Assembly (NCBI GenBank): GCA_965237785.1
Contig: OZ250159.1
Location: 2,382,204-2,446,203, forward strand
Direction of reading: 5' to 3'
Source: Candidatus Rariloculaceae bacterium
Lineage (GTDB): Bacteria; Pseudomonadota; Gammaproteobacteria; Steroidobacterales; Rariloculaceae
Length of the DNA stretch: 64,000 bases
Position numbers and translations under genes: made by a program. Shown piece after piece: positions 8,853-17,961 of the stretch. The first letter of the stretch is position 1; every line of letters starts with the position of its first letter. The notes beneath the pieces were generated by a model that was given only the letters and a program-made list of their open reading frames with translations, did no database searches and was not told where the DNA came from.

Positions 8853-10132
8853 GCGCGCTGTTCCTGGTGGCGATTTTATTCGTCTGCCTCGGGCTGGGTG
8901 TACCCGTAGCCATCTCCCTCGGGCTCGCCAGCCTTTCCACCATCCTCTTGTTCGCCGATCAGAGCATGCTCTCGCTGGCGCAACGCTTCTTCCACACCAT
9001 GCAGGTCTACCCGCTGCTGGCGGTGCCGTTCTTCATCCTCGCGGCCACCTTCATGACGACCGGCGGTGTCGCGAAACGCATGATCGATTTCGCCAACGCG
9101 CTGGTGGGGCATTTCCGCGGCGGGTTGGCCATGGCGGCGCTTCTGGCTTGCGCGTTCTTTTCGGCGGTATCGGGATCGGCGCCGGCGACGGTGGTCGCCG
9201 TGGGGAGCGTCATGATCGGCGGCATGATCGGTTCCGGCTATTCGCCGCGCTTCGCGTCGGGCGTCATCTGTAACGCCGGGACTCTCGGGATATTGATTCC
9301 GCCGTCGCTGGTGATGGTCATCTACGGCGCCGTCACCGAATCGTCGATCGGCAACCTGTTCATCGCCGGAATACTCCCCGGCGCGATTCTGACGCTGGCG
9401 ATGATGGCTACCGTGGCGGTTATCGCGCGACGTCAGAACCTTCCCCGGCAACCAAGGGTGGGCTTCAAGGGAGCGCTGGTCGCCGGCCGCAAGGCATTCT
9501 GGGGACTGATCCTCCTGGTAATCATTCTCGGCGGAATCTATGCCGGTATCTTTACCCCCACCGAGGCAGCGGCGGTATCGGCGGTCTACGCTTTCGTGGT
9601 GGCGGTGTTCATCTACAAGGACATCAAACTCAAGGATGTGCCTGACGTCCTCACCGGAGCGGCCAAGACCACGGCCATGCTGATGTTCATCATCGCCAAC
9701 GCCTACCTGTTCGCCTTCGTGCTCACGACCGAGCAGATTCCCCAGGTGGCTTCCGAGTGGATCGTCGGTCTTGGATTACCGGTGTGGGGATTCCTGATCG
9801 TGGTCAACGTGCTGCTGCTGGTCTTCGGCAACTTCATGGAGCCCACATCCGTGGTGCTGATTCTGACGCCAATCATTTTCCCCATTGCGACGCAGATGGG
9901 TATCGATCCCATTCACCTGGGCGTAATGATGGTGTTGAACATGCAGATCGGACTGGTTACGCCACCCGTCGGATTGAATCTTTTCGTCACCGCAAGCGTC
10001 GCGAAGATGTCGATGGAAGAGGTTATCCGTGCCGCCCTGCCGTGGCTGATGGTGTTGCTCAGCGTGCTCATCATCGTCACCTACATTCCCGCGGTTTCGC
10101 TGATTGTGCCGTCGCTGCTGGGCGTGCTTTAG
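8849..10132 (+). CDS. dctM: TRAP transporter large permease DctM family
   Basis: 427 aa polytopic protein. Has typical DctM stretches (GGLAMAALLACAFFSAVSGSAPATV, GILIPPS). Confidence 0.9.
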   Translation: MSALFLVAILFVCLGLGVPVAISLGLASLSTILLFADQSMLSLAQRFFHTMQVYPLLAVPFFILAATFMTTGGVAKRMIDFANALVGHFRGGLAMAALLACAFFSAVSGSAPATVVAVGSVMIGGMIGSGYSPRFASGVICNAGTLGILIPPSLVMVIYGAVTESSIGNLFIAGILPGAILTLAMMATVAVIARRQNLPRQPRVGFKGALVAGRKAFWGLILLVIILGGIYAGIFTPTEAAAVSAVYAFVVAVFIYKDIKLKDVPDVLTGAAKTTAMLMFIIANAYLFAFVLTTEQIPQVASEWIVGLGLPVWGFLIVVNVLLLVFGNFMEPTSVVLILTPIIFPIATQMGIDPIHLGVMMVLNMQIGLVTPPVGLNLFVTASVAKMSMEEVIRAALPWLMVLLSVLIIVTYIPAVSLIVPSLLGVL

Positions 10133-10219
10133 CGCGCGAAGCACTCACCGATTTTCGTCGCGAGGAGGTCGAGGCCGCCGCGGCGGCGGACGCAACCGCG
10201 GACTTCTCGGATATTCCGG

Positions 10220-10675
10220 CTAAATCGCGGTAAAGCCGCGGGTGGAATGCTCCAGTCGCACGGTCAGCGACCCCTCGTTGATCAGCCACGGGCGCACCTC
10301 GAAGGTGCGTGCGCCGCTCGCATGCATGGGATCTTCGGCGGCGATGGCGCGCGCCGCAGCCAGATTATTTGCGCGGATGACCACCATGCCTTCACCCCGC
10401 CACTCCTGCTCATCGTCGGTCCAGAACGGGCCCGCGGCAAACAGGATGCCGCTCTTTTCCATGGAAATCTGATACTCCAGATGCTGCTCGAGAACTGCCA
10501 TCACCGGCTTCAGTCCGCTCACCGGCCTGGTGAACACCGCATAGAGCTGCAATTGCAACATGCCTTCGCAGGCGGCGCGTAAATCATCCGCTGTCACCCT
10601 GGGTTCGTCCGCTGCTACCTCTGCGGTCATATCCTGCTCTCCGTTTGAACCGCGTCCGGCCATCGCGTTGCCCAA
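10220..10675 (-). CDS. YciI family protein
   Basis: YCII-like core: HLEYQISMEKSGILFAAGPF...GMVVIRANNLAAARAIAAEDPMHASG. The true start may be the internal MTAEV (10630). Confidence 0.6.
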   Translation of the reverse strand: MGNAMAGRGSNGEQDMTAEVAADEPRVTADDLRAACEGMLQLQLYAVFTRPVSGLKPVMAVLEQHLEYQISMEKSGILFAAGPFWTDDEQEWRGEGMVVIRANNLAAARAIAAEDPMHASGARTFEVRPWLINEGSLTVRLEHSTRGFTAI

Positions 10676-10684
10676 AGGATCGCG

Positions 10685-12148
10685 TTAACCCAAAAAACGG
10701 TAGTACTCGATACCCTCGTCACTGAAAGCGGGATTCGACGTATCCCCAACAGAGTCCACCAGAAAGCCGGTCCCGAGACTTTCAAGCCCGTCGGCCACTC
10801 CGTTGTCGTGCAGGCTTTCGTACTGAACTCGCGTCAGCGTCTGCCGCGGCTCAAACGCCTCGCTAAAGCCGATGCGTGACGCGGCAGGCTGCCAATTGTC
10901 CACCAGTGTCATCGGGACGGCCTCGGCGGCGTCTCCGCTGCCGTAACCGACGGCCAGAATGTCTCGGCCGGCGAGGTCGCGCCCGTCGCGGGCCGCTTCC
11001 TCCAGACCCGCCGCCATCCAGGCGGGCAGTGCCGCGCAGTAGACGTTGCCGATGTCCTTCATGGGATCCGCGCCCAGCGACATTTTCGAGGAGAGCAGCT
11101 CCCGAAAGACATGCCCCCCACGAAAATCCTTCAGCAACGCCATACTGAGCGGGTATACGTCGTCGTTGATGTTGCCGTCGCGGACGAGTTGCAGCACATC
11201 CGGAGTCGAATTCATTTCCGCGATGACCAGGTCCGGGTCAAGACCGGCATGCCGGCAATAGGCTCTCAGTTCCGAGCGCCCGGATTCGCTGTCGTTCGCC
11301 AATCCGAACAGATAGCTCAACGCAAAAGATGTGAGCGGCATGCGATGGTAGGGTCGGTGCATGAATGCGGCGCCGAGTCCGTGGTAGTAGTTGGTGGGAT
11401 TCACGTTCAGACGGCGCATCATTTCCCCAAGCGCATGCATCGTCTCGTCCAGATAGCACGTGGTGGAGTACTTGCCGTTGAAAACCGGCAGATCCTGGAA
11501 GTGGCGGTTGAGTTGGTTGCGAATAAGGTTGCGAAGCACCGGTTTGCGAAAATCGACGGCCCGGTAGGATGAGGCGCTACCGACACACTTCAAGTTCACG
11601 GACAGCAATTCAGGGTCGCGCTCCAACAGCATCGCGACGGCGCCCGCGCCTTGCGTTGGCTCTCCCGAGCTACCCCGGGCATACTCGGCGATGTCGGCGC
11701 TGACCACGATCGCGCAACGGTCGTCGTCTTCCAGCGCCAGGTAACGCAGCCCATACTTGAGGGCATAAATGGCCCCGAGACAGGCGTGCTTGACTTCGGG
11801 TACTTCACAGTAGCGGTTGATGGCCGGCATTCCGCGTGCCGCGAGTTCCTGGTCCAACATTCCCTTGACGATGACCGCGCCGGCGGAATTATCCGTGCTC
11901 GATTCGGTACCGAGACCAAGAAAACCGATCCGACCGGGATCGACTCCATAGCGCTCGATCAGGCGCATGACGGCGGTACCCGCCATGGTGTAGACGCTCT
12001 CCCGCGGTCCGCGCATCCGAAAGCTGTTGCCGACGACCGCGCGAGTCTTTTCCCAGGGCGCCCCGGTCCACTGGCACCAATCTTCCAGACTCACTCGATA
12101 CGGAGGCACATAAACCGCGAATCCGCTGATCCCGACGTCACGTTTCAT
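10685..12148 (-). CDS. Hydroxymethylglutaryl-CoA synthase family protein (thiolase-fold condensing enzyme)
   Basis: GLGTESSTDNSAG, the catalytic Cys context VKHACLGAIYAL, and EPTQGAGAVAMLL are all typical of HMGS-like enzymes. 487 aa. Confidence 0.75.
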   Translation of the reverse strand: MKRDVGISGFAVYVPPYRVSLEDWCQWTGAPWEKTRAVVGNSFRMRGPRESVYTMAGTAVMRLIERYGVDPGRIGFLGLGTESSTDNSAGAVIVKGMLDQELAARGMPAINRYCEVPEVKHACLGAIYALKYGLRYLALEDDDRCAIVVSADIAEYARGSSGEPTQGAGAVAMLLERDPELLSVNLKCVGSASSYRAVDFRKPVLRNLIRNQLNRHFQDLPVFNGKYSTTCYLDETMHALGEMMRRLNVNPTNYYHGLGAAFMHRPYHRMPLTSFALSYLFGLANDSESGRSELRAYCRHAGLDPDLVIAEMNSTPDVLQLVRDGNINDDVYPLSMALLKDFRGGHVFRELLSSKMSLGADPMKDIGNVYCAALPAWMAAGLEEAARDGRDLAGRDILAVGYGSGDAAEAVPMTLVDNWQPAASRIGFSEAFEPRQTLTRVQYESLHDNGVADGLESLGTGFLVDSVGDTSNPAFSDEGIEYYRFLG

Positions 12149-12249
12149 TTAAGACTCCAGAGATTGCCGATACCGAACCGGAACTGGACGCGAACCAATT
12201 CACCGGATTCACCGAATTGCCATCATTGTAACCTTGTGGCGCCCGCGGG

Positions 12250-12567
12250 CTAGTACAACGGCGCCACTTCCAGGGTCAGTCCGTCGAGTTCTTCCGTCAC
12301 CTCGATCTGGCACGTCAGGCGGCTGTTGGATCGCCGTTCCGTGGCCGCTTCCAGCATGGAGTCCTCGATGACATCCATCGCCGGCAGCTTGTCCCACCAA
12401 TCCTCCCGAACATAACAGTGACACGTCGCACAGGAGCAGGCGCCGCCGCACTCGGCCTCGACCCCCTCCACGCCGTTGTTTACGGCGCCTTCCATGACCG
12501 AATAGCCCACCTCGACATCGACTTCCACAGCGTTTCCGTCCGGTTCGATGTATACGATTCTGGGCAT
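12250..12567 (-). CDS. 2Fe-2S ferredoxin, adrenodoxin/putidaredoxin type
   Basis: Cysteine pattern ECGGACSCATCHC ... LTCQ. 105 aa. Confidence 0.85.
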   Translation of the reverse strand: MPRIVYIEPDGNAVEVDVEVGYSVMEGAVNNGVEGVEAECGGACSCATCHCYVREDWWDKLPAMDVIEDSMLEAATERRSNSRLTCQIEVTEELDGLTLEVAPLY

Positions 12568-12860
12568 TCTCGGGTTCCTGGCGGCAGGCGATGCATGCTA
12601 GCGCCGAAACCTCCCGATAGGAAGGCCCCGAGGATGCGATCGCGCAATCCTTGCAATTCCCCTTGAACCGCCTGCCAGGCCACCGTGGAGCCGTTGAAAT
12701 TCAATGGCCGCCCATTGTAGCTCCCGTCCAGGCGTGTCGAGGCGCGCGCAACGGCGAGGTCGATCTTCCATAGATGACTGCCGCTCAAGCTGCGCGCGTC
12801 CTTCCATATCCGGTTTAAGATTTCTTTACTTGCGCAGGGCCACTGACAAGCGGTAGGGTT

Positions 12861-12885
12861 TGGTCTAACCAATTTGGTAGGACCA
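12861..12885. promoter_or_regulatory. Imperfect 25-bp palindrome, candidate GntR autoregulatory operator
   Basis: TGGTCTAACCAATTTGGTAGGACCA matches its own reverse complement at 20/25 positions. The outer arms are TGGTC/GACCA. It ends 3 nt before the GntR ATG (12889). Confidence 0.35.
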
Positions 12886-12888
12886 TCC

Positions 12889-13614
12889 ATGGAGGCGGTC
12901 GTGTCCCGAACCGAGGAAATTACCCGGACCCTGAGGGATGACATCCTGCGCGGCCAATACCGCGCCGGTGAGCGGGTACCCTCCGAACGGGATTTGGCGG
13001 CGCGATTCGCTACCAGCCGCGGCACCGTTCGCGAGGCGCTCAAGAAACTGGAACAGCTCGGCATCGCGTCCATCAACCCCGGCGGCGCCCGCGTCGTTCC
13101 GGTTCAGGAGTGCACCCTGGATGTGCTCGGGCCGCTGATGGAACTGGACGACGTCCCGGATGCCGCGCTCGTCGATCAGGTGCTGGAGGTTGGGGCCATG
13201 CTCATCGGCTATGCGGCGGAGATTGCCGTGGAGCGGGGCGACCCCGCCGCGCTGGAGGATGTGGAGGCGATCATCGCCGAGATTCTCGCGGCCTCGCCGG
13301 AGACCCTCGGCAAGATGCGCGCTCCCATGCGGCTGGGGCGCGCATTCGCCCGAGCGTCCGGCCACCTGGTGCTATTGCTGATCGTCAACGGCTTGCGCAC
13401 GCAGGTCGCGGATCCGAAGCGCATCCCGGGGTTCCCTCCCAAGCTGGACCCGAAGCCCCTGAAGAGGATCGTCGTTGAACTCAAGGCGGCGGTGACCGGC
13501 CGCGACGGAGCCGCGGCGAGCTTTTGCATGAGACAACTCGTGCAACTCGTCAGAGAGGCAGCCAGGGAGACGCTGCTCTCCCACGGTCCGGACACCAAGG
13601 AAAAGGAATCATGA
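12889..13614 (+). CDS. GntR family transcriptional regulator (FadR/FCD-type C-terminus)
   Basis: wHTH motif ERVPSERDLAARFATSRGTVREALKKLEQLG. ATG 12889 is preferred over the track's TTG 12874. The stop overlaps the efflux adaptor start (ATGA at 13611-13614). Confidence 0.8.
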   Translation: MEAVVSRTEEITRTLRDDILRGQYRAGERVPSERDLAARFATSRGTVREALKKLEQLGIASINPGGARVVPVQECTLDVLGPLMELDDVPDAALVDQVLEVGAMLIGYAAEIAVERGDPAALEDVEAIIAEILAASPETLGKMRAPMRLGRAFARASGHLVLLLIVNGLRTQVADPKRIPGFPPKLDPKPLKRIVVELKAAVTGRDGAAASFCMRQLVQLVREAARETLLSHGPDTKEKES

Positions 13615-14798
13615 ATCCCAAAATCATCGCCCCGGTTGCCGTCCTGGCCCTTGCCTTCGCCGGCACGGCGCTGCTGATGCTCAACAGCAGGCAGCTCAGC
13701 CCGAGCGCACCGGAAGCCGTTGCGCCCGCGGTCAGGGTGGTTCATGTGGCGCCCTCCAGTGTGCGCATGGTCGTTCACGCCCAGGGAACGGTTTCACCCC
13801 GCACCCAGGCCGATCTCGTGCCGGAGGTATCGGGCAACGTGCTGTGGGTGTCCGCCAACCTGGTGTCGGGCGGTTACTTCGAGGCAGGTGAACCGCTGCT
13901 GAGAATCGACGACCGCGACTACCGCAATACCGTGCAAAGGGCGCGGGCGGCGGTGAGCCGCGCCCAGGCGGAACAGGAATTCGCCCACTTCGAGCTGCAA
14001 CGGCTGGAGGAAATGGAGGCTCGCCAACTTATCAGCCGGTCCGATGTTGAGACCGGCATGCGCACGGCCCGCGTCGCCGACGCCTCGCTCGCCGATGCCG
14101 AAGCGGCGCTGGAGCAGGCGGAGCGCGATCTGTCGCGGACCGAGCTGGTGGCTCCGTTTGCGGGCCTGGTGAGAAGCGAGCAGGTCGACCCCGGGCAGTT
14201 CGTCAGCCGCGGGGCGCCGATAGCCAGCCTGTATGCCGTGGACTACGTCGAGGTGCGCCTGCCGATTGCCGATCAACAGCTCGCCTATCTCGATCTCCCG
14301 CCGATGCAGCGCGGTGAGCTGGACGAGTCCACGGCCCCGGCGGTCGTGTTGTCCGCGCAATTCGCCGGAAACGACTACCAATGGCAGGGCAAACTGGTGC
14401 GCACCGAAGCCGAGATCGACTCGCGCAGCCGTATGGTGCAGGCCGTGGCCCGCGTCAGCGCCACGGAAAGCGCGTTCGAGGATCCGCACAACCTGCCGCC
14501 CCCCGTCGGTCTGTTCGTACAAGCCGAGATCCAGGGCCGATCCGCCGACAACGTCGTCGTGCTGCCCAGATCGGCGATTCGCAATGGCAATCAGGTACTG
14601 ATCGTGGACGACGAAGACCGGTTGCGTTTCCGGGCCGTGCGCATCGCGCGCGTCTACGGCGATGACGCCTACATCGACGGCGGGCTCGAAAAGGGCGACC
14701 GGGTGTGCATATCCGCGCTGCAGGCGGTGGTGGACGGGATGCGCGTGGACGTGGTTGCCGATGAGCGCGCCGACCCGCGGGGAGTTTCCGGGTCATGA
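13611..14798 (+). CDS. Efflux RND transporter periplasmic adaptor subunit (MFP/HlyD family)
   Basis: Start ATG 13611 (MNPKIIAPVAVLALAF, signal/anchor). Has the coiled-coil hairpin and beta-barrel pattern of MFPs. The stop overlaps the RND pump start. Confidence 0.85.
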   Translation: MNPKIIAPVAVLALAFAGTALLMLNSRQLSPSAPEAVAPAVRVVHVAPSSVRMVVHAQGTVSPRTQADLVPEVSGNVLWVSANLVSGGYFEAGEPLLRIDDRDYRNTVQRARAAVSRAQAEQEFAHFELQRLEEMEARQLISRSDVETGMRTARVADASLADAEAALEQAERDLSRTELVAPFAGLVRSEQVDPGQFVSRGAPIASLYAVDYVEVRLPIADQQLAYLDLPPMQRGELDESTAPAVVLSAQFAGNDYQWQGKLVRTEAEIDSRSRMVQAVARVSATESAFEDPHNLPPPVGLFVQAEIQGRSADNVVVLPRSAIRNGNQVLIVDDEDRLRFRAVRIARVYGDDAYIDGGLEKGDRVCISALQAVVDGMRVDVVADERADPRGVSGS

Positions 14799-17700
14799 AG
14801 CGCATCATCGCCTGGTTTGTCGGCAACCCGGTGGCCGCGAATCTGCTGATGATGATACTTATCGCCGGCGGATTGATCTCCGTCGTCCAACTCAGACAGG
14901 AGGAAATGCCCACCATCGACCTGGGCACGGTACAGGTGACCGTACCGTACCTGGGCGCCGCGCCCGAGGAGGTGGAGAACGGCGTTGTCCTGAGGATCGA
15001 GGAAGCCCTGGAGGGCGTTCAGGACATCGACCGGATGACCTCGGTCTCCGGCGAAGGCGCCGCCAGCGTCATGGTGGAACTGGAAACCGGCGCGGACGAT
15101 ATCCAGGCACTGAACGAGATCAAGAGCCGAGTGGATGCCATATCCACCTTCCCCGCGGAAACGGAGCGGCCCATCGTCTCGCTGTTGACGATGCAGAGTG
15201 ACGGCGTGGAAATCGCCGTTTTCGGAGCAGCGGACGAGCGTACCCTCAAGGAACTGGCGCTGGAAATCCGCGACGATATAGCCGCCATCGACGGCATCTC
15301 CCAGGTGGAAGTGACTTACGTCCGTCCCGACGAAATCTCCATCGAGGTCTCCGAGCAAACCTTGCGGCGGCTGGGACTGACCTTCGATCAGGTAGCCGAC
15401 GCCGTGCGGCGCACTTCTCTGGATATGCCCGGCGGCTCGATCAAGGCCGAAGGCGGAGAAATTCTGCTCCGCACCCAGGGGCAAGCCTATCGGGGCGCGG
15501 ATTTTCGGGACATCGTGGTGGTCTCGCGAACGGACGGCACCAGCGTTCGCCTGGACGAGATCGCGGAGATCGTCGATGGTTTTCAGGAGGGGGATACCCA
15601 GGCCAGATTCGACGGCCGTCCCGCGGCGATGGTCAAGGTATACCAGGTGGGCAACGAAGACGTCGTACAGATCAGCGATCGGGTCGCGGCCTATGTAGAC
15701 CAGGCCCAGGCGCGCATGCCGGACGGCATCCAACTGACCATCTGGCAGGACGAATCGGACGAACTCAAGGCCCGCATCGATATTCTCCTCGGTACCGCCG
15801 CGGGCGGACTGGCCCTGGTGCTGCTGCTTCTGGCACTGCCCCTGCAGTTTCGGCTGGCGATGTGGGTCGCGGCCGGCATCCCCATCGCCATGCTGGGAAC
15901 CATCGCGGTTTTCGGCGCCGTGGGCATCACCATCAGCACCATGTCGGTGGTCGCCTTTATCCTCGTTCTCGGCATCGTGGTGGACGACGCCATCGTGGTG
16001 GGCGAGCGGGTGTTCGCTCACGAGCGCCACGGAGAGGATCAGATCACGGCCGCCGTGGAGGGCACGGCCGAAGTGGCCGTCCCGGTTATTTTCGGCGTGT
16101 TGACGACCATTGCGGCCTTCATACCGCTCATGTTCACCCCGGGGGACATCGGTCAACTGTTCTCCGTCGTCGGCTACGTGGTCGTCATCTGCCTGGTCTT
16201 CAGCATCATCGAATCCCAACTGATCCTGCCGGCTCACCTGGCGCACCGCCGCGTAACCGCCCCGTCGGCGAGCGGAAATGCGTTCACGGCCCGGTGGCGC
16301 CGATTTCAGAAGATCATTTCCACGGGGATCGAGCGTTACGCGACGGAAACCTATGGGCCGGCTCTGAACCGTGTCCTGGAGTGGCGCTACCTGGCATTGG
16401 CCGGCGGTGTCGGCGTGCTCGCGGTCGCCCTGGGACTGATTTTCAGCGGCCGCATCGAAATCCAGTTCCTGCCCGCCATCGAGGGCGACAGAATCCTCGC
16501 TCAATTGGAAATGCCCGAGGGCGTCGACGTCGCGGAAACCGCACGGGGGGCCCGGCAGATCGAGGCAGCGGCCCTGGTACTCAAGGAAGAGCTGGATGCC
16601 GCCTACACAGACCGTCCCTCACTCGTCCAGCATGTCTTCTCCTCGGTTGGCCAGGCCTTGGGCGGGCGGTTCAGGTCCGCCCCGCAAAGCCATACGGCCG
16701 AAATGGTGCTCGCCGTCCTCCCACTTCCGGAACGCGGCGACGTGTCGGTCACCGAGATGGCGGAGCGGTGGCGGGAGTTGACCGGCCCCATCCATGACAG
16801 CGTCCAACTCACGTTCTCTACCACCGGACTCACCGCGGGCGATGCCATTGCGATCCGGCTCCAGGGCAGAAATGTGGACGATCTGGCGAATGCCGCCGCG
16901 GAGCTGCGCGGCGAACTTGCGCGCTTCGACGGCGTCGCGGATATTTCCGACTCCTTCCGCTCGGGCAAACAGGAGGCCAAGCTCTCGCTGCGCCCCGAGG
17001 CGCGCCAATTGGGCCTGACGTTGAACGACCTGGCGCGTCAGGCGCGCCAGGCCTTCTACGGTGAGGAAGCGCAGCGCGTACAGCGGGGCAGCGAGGACGT
17101 CCGCGTCATGGTCCGCTATCCAGAGGCGGAGCGGCGCTCCCTCGGCGACCTGGAAAACATGCGGATCCGTGCCGCCGACGGCACCGAGATCCCGTTTGCG
17201 GCGGTGGCCGATATCACCCTGGGGCGAGGCTACTCCGACATTACCCGCATCGACCGCCAGCGCGTCGTCACGGTACGCGCCGACGTCGACCGCGACGCGG
17301 TCACCCCGGAAGCGGTGCTGCGCAGCATCGAAGCCGACGCCCTGCCGAGGATTCTGTCCCGCTACCGCGGCATCGGCTACACCTTGTCCGGTGAGCAGGA
17401 GGCGAGAAACGAGTCCGTCGGTGGGTTGATCAGTCTCATACCGCTGGCTCTGCTCATCATGTACGCACTGCTGGCCATCCCGCTGCGTTCCTACCTTCAG
17501 CCGCTGGTGATCATGAGCGTCATACCCTTCGGCGCGGTAGGCGCCATCGTCGGACACCTCGTGATGGGCTGGTCGCTTGTCATGCCCTCCATCTTCGGGT
17601 TGATTTCGCTCGCCGGCGTGGTGGTGAATTCCAGCCTGGTGCTGGTCGATTACATCAACCGGCAACGGCGCGCCGGCGTCGATGTACTCGAGGCGGTGCA

Positions 17701-17950
17701 GCGCTCCGGCATGGTGCGTTTTCGCCCCATTCTCATGACCTCTACGACGACCTTCGCGGGGCTGTTGCCGTTGATGCTCACGGACAACCCGGCCACCGCC
17801 TTCATTATCCCCATGGCGATCTCGCTGGCTTGGGGCGTGCTCTTCGCGACGGTGATCACGCTGTTCCTGGTACCCTGCCTGTACCTGATTCTGGAGGACT
17901 TGTTGCCGGTGAAGCAGGCCGCGGCAGTGGCCACCGCGGAAGGATGGTGA
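14795..17950 (+). CDS. Efflux RND transporter permease (AcrB/AcrD/AcrF family)
   Basis: 1051 aa with 12-TM/two-large-loop architecture. Typical N-terminus MKRIIAWFVGNPVAANLLMMILIAGG. Confidence 0.9.
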   Translation: MKRIIAWFVGNPVAANLLMMILIAGGLISVVQLRQEEMPTIDLGTVQVTVPYLGAAPEEVENGVVLRIEEALEGVQDIDRMTSVSGEGAASVMVELETGADDIQALNEIKSRVDAISTFPAETERPIVSLLTMQSDGVEIAVFGAADERTLKELALEIRDDIAAIDGISQVEVTYVRPDEISIEVSEQTLRRLGLTFDQVADAVRRTSLDMPGGSIKAEGGEILLRTQGQAYRGADFRDIVVVSRTDGTSVRLDEIAEIVDGFQEGDTQARFDGRPAAMVKVYQVGNEDVVQISDRVAAYVDQAQARMPDGIQLTIWQDESDELKARIDILLGTAAGGLALVLLLLALPLQFRLAMWVAAGIPIAMLGTIAVFGAVGITISTMSVVAFILVLGIVVDDAIVVGERVFAHERHGEDQITAAVEGTAEVAVPVIFGVLTTIAAFIPLMFTPGDIGQLFSVVGYVVVICLVFSIIESQLILPAHLAHRRVTAPSASGNAFTARWRRFQKIISTGIERYATETYGPALNRVLEWRYLALAGGVGVLAVALGLIFSGRIEIQFLPAIEGDRILAQLEMPEGVDVAETARGARQIEAAALVLKEELDAAYTDRPSLVQHVFSSVGQALGGRFRSAPQSHTAEMVLAVLPLPERGDVSVTEMAERWRELTGPIHDSVQLTFSTTGLTAGDAIAIRLQGRNVDDLANAAAELRGELARFDGVADISDSFRSGKQEAKLSLRPEARQLGLTLNDLARQARQAFYGEEAQRVQRGSEDVRVMVRYPEAERRSLGDLENMRIRAADGTEIPFAAVADITLGRGYSDITRIDRQRVVTVRADVDRDAVTPEAVLRSIEADALPRILSRYRGIGYTLSGEQEARNESVGGLISLIPLALLIMYALLAIPLRSYLQPLVIMSVIPFGAVGAIVGHLVMGWSLVMPSIFGLISLAGVVVNSSLVLVDYINRQRRAGVDVLEAVQRSGMVRFRPILMTSTTTFAGLLPLMLTDNPATAFIIPMAISLAWGVLFATVITLFLVPCLYLILEDLLPVKQAAAVATAEGW

Positions 17951-17961
17951 GACAGGCCGGC

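Noticed and set aside
12480-13076. 198-aa minus ORF between the ferredoxin and GntR genes
   Set aside because: It overlaps both the ferredoxin 5' end and the GntR gene, and has no motif. It is probably spurious.
14669-16504. 611-aa minus-strand ORF
   Set aside because: This is an antisense shadow of the RND adaptor/permease genes. High-GC DNA suppresses stop codons. The sequence is dominated by Arg/Gly/Asp/His runs and has no domain signature.
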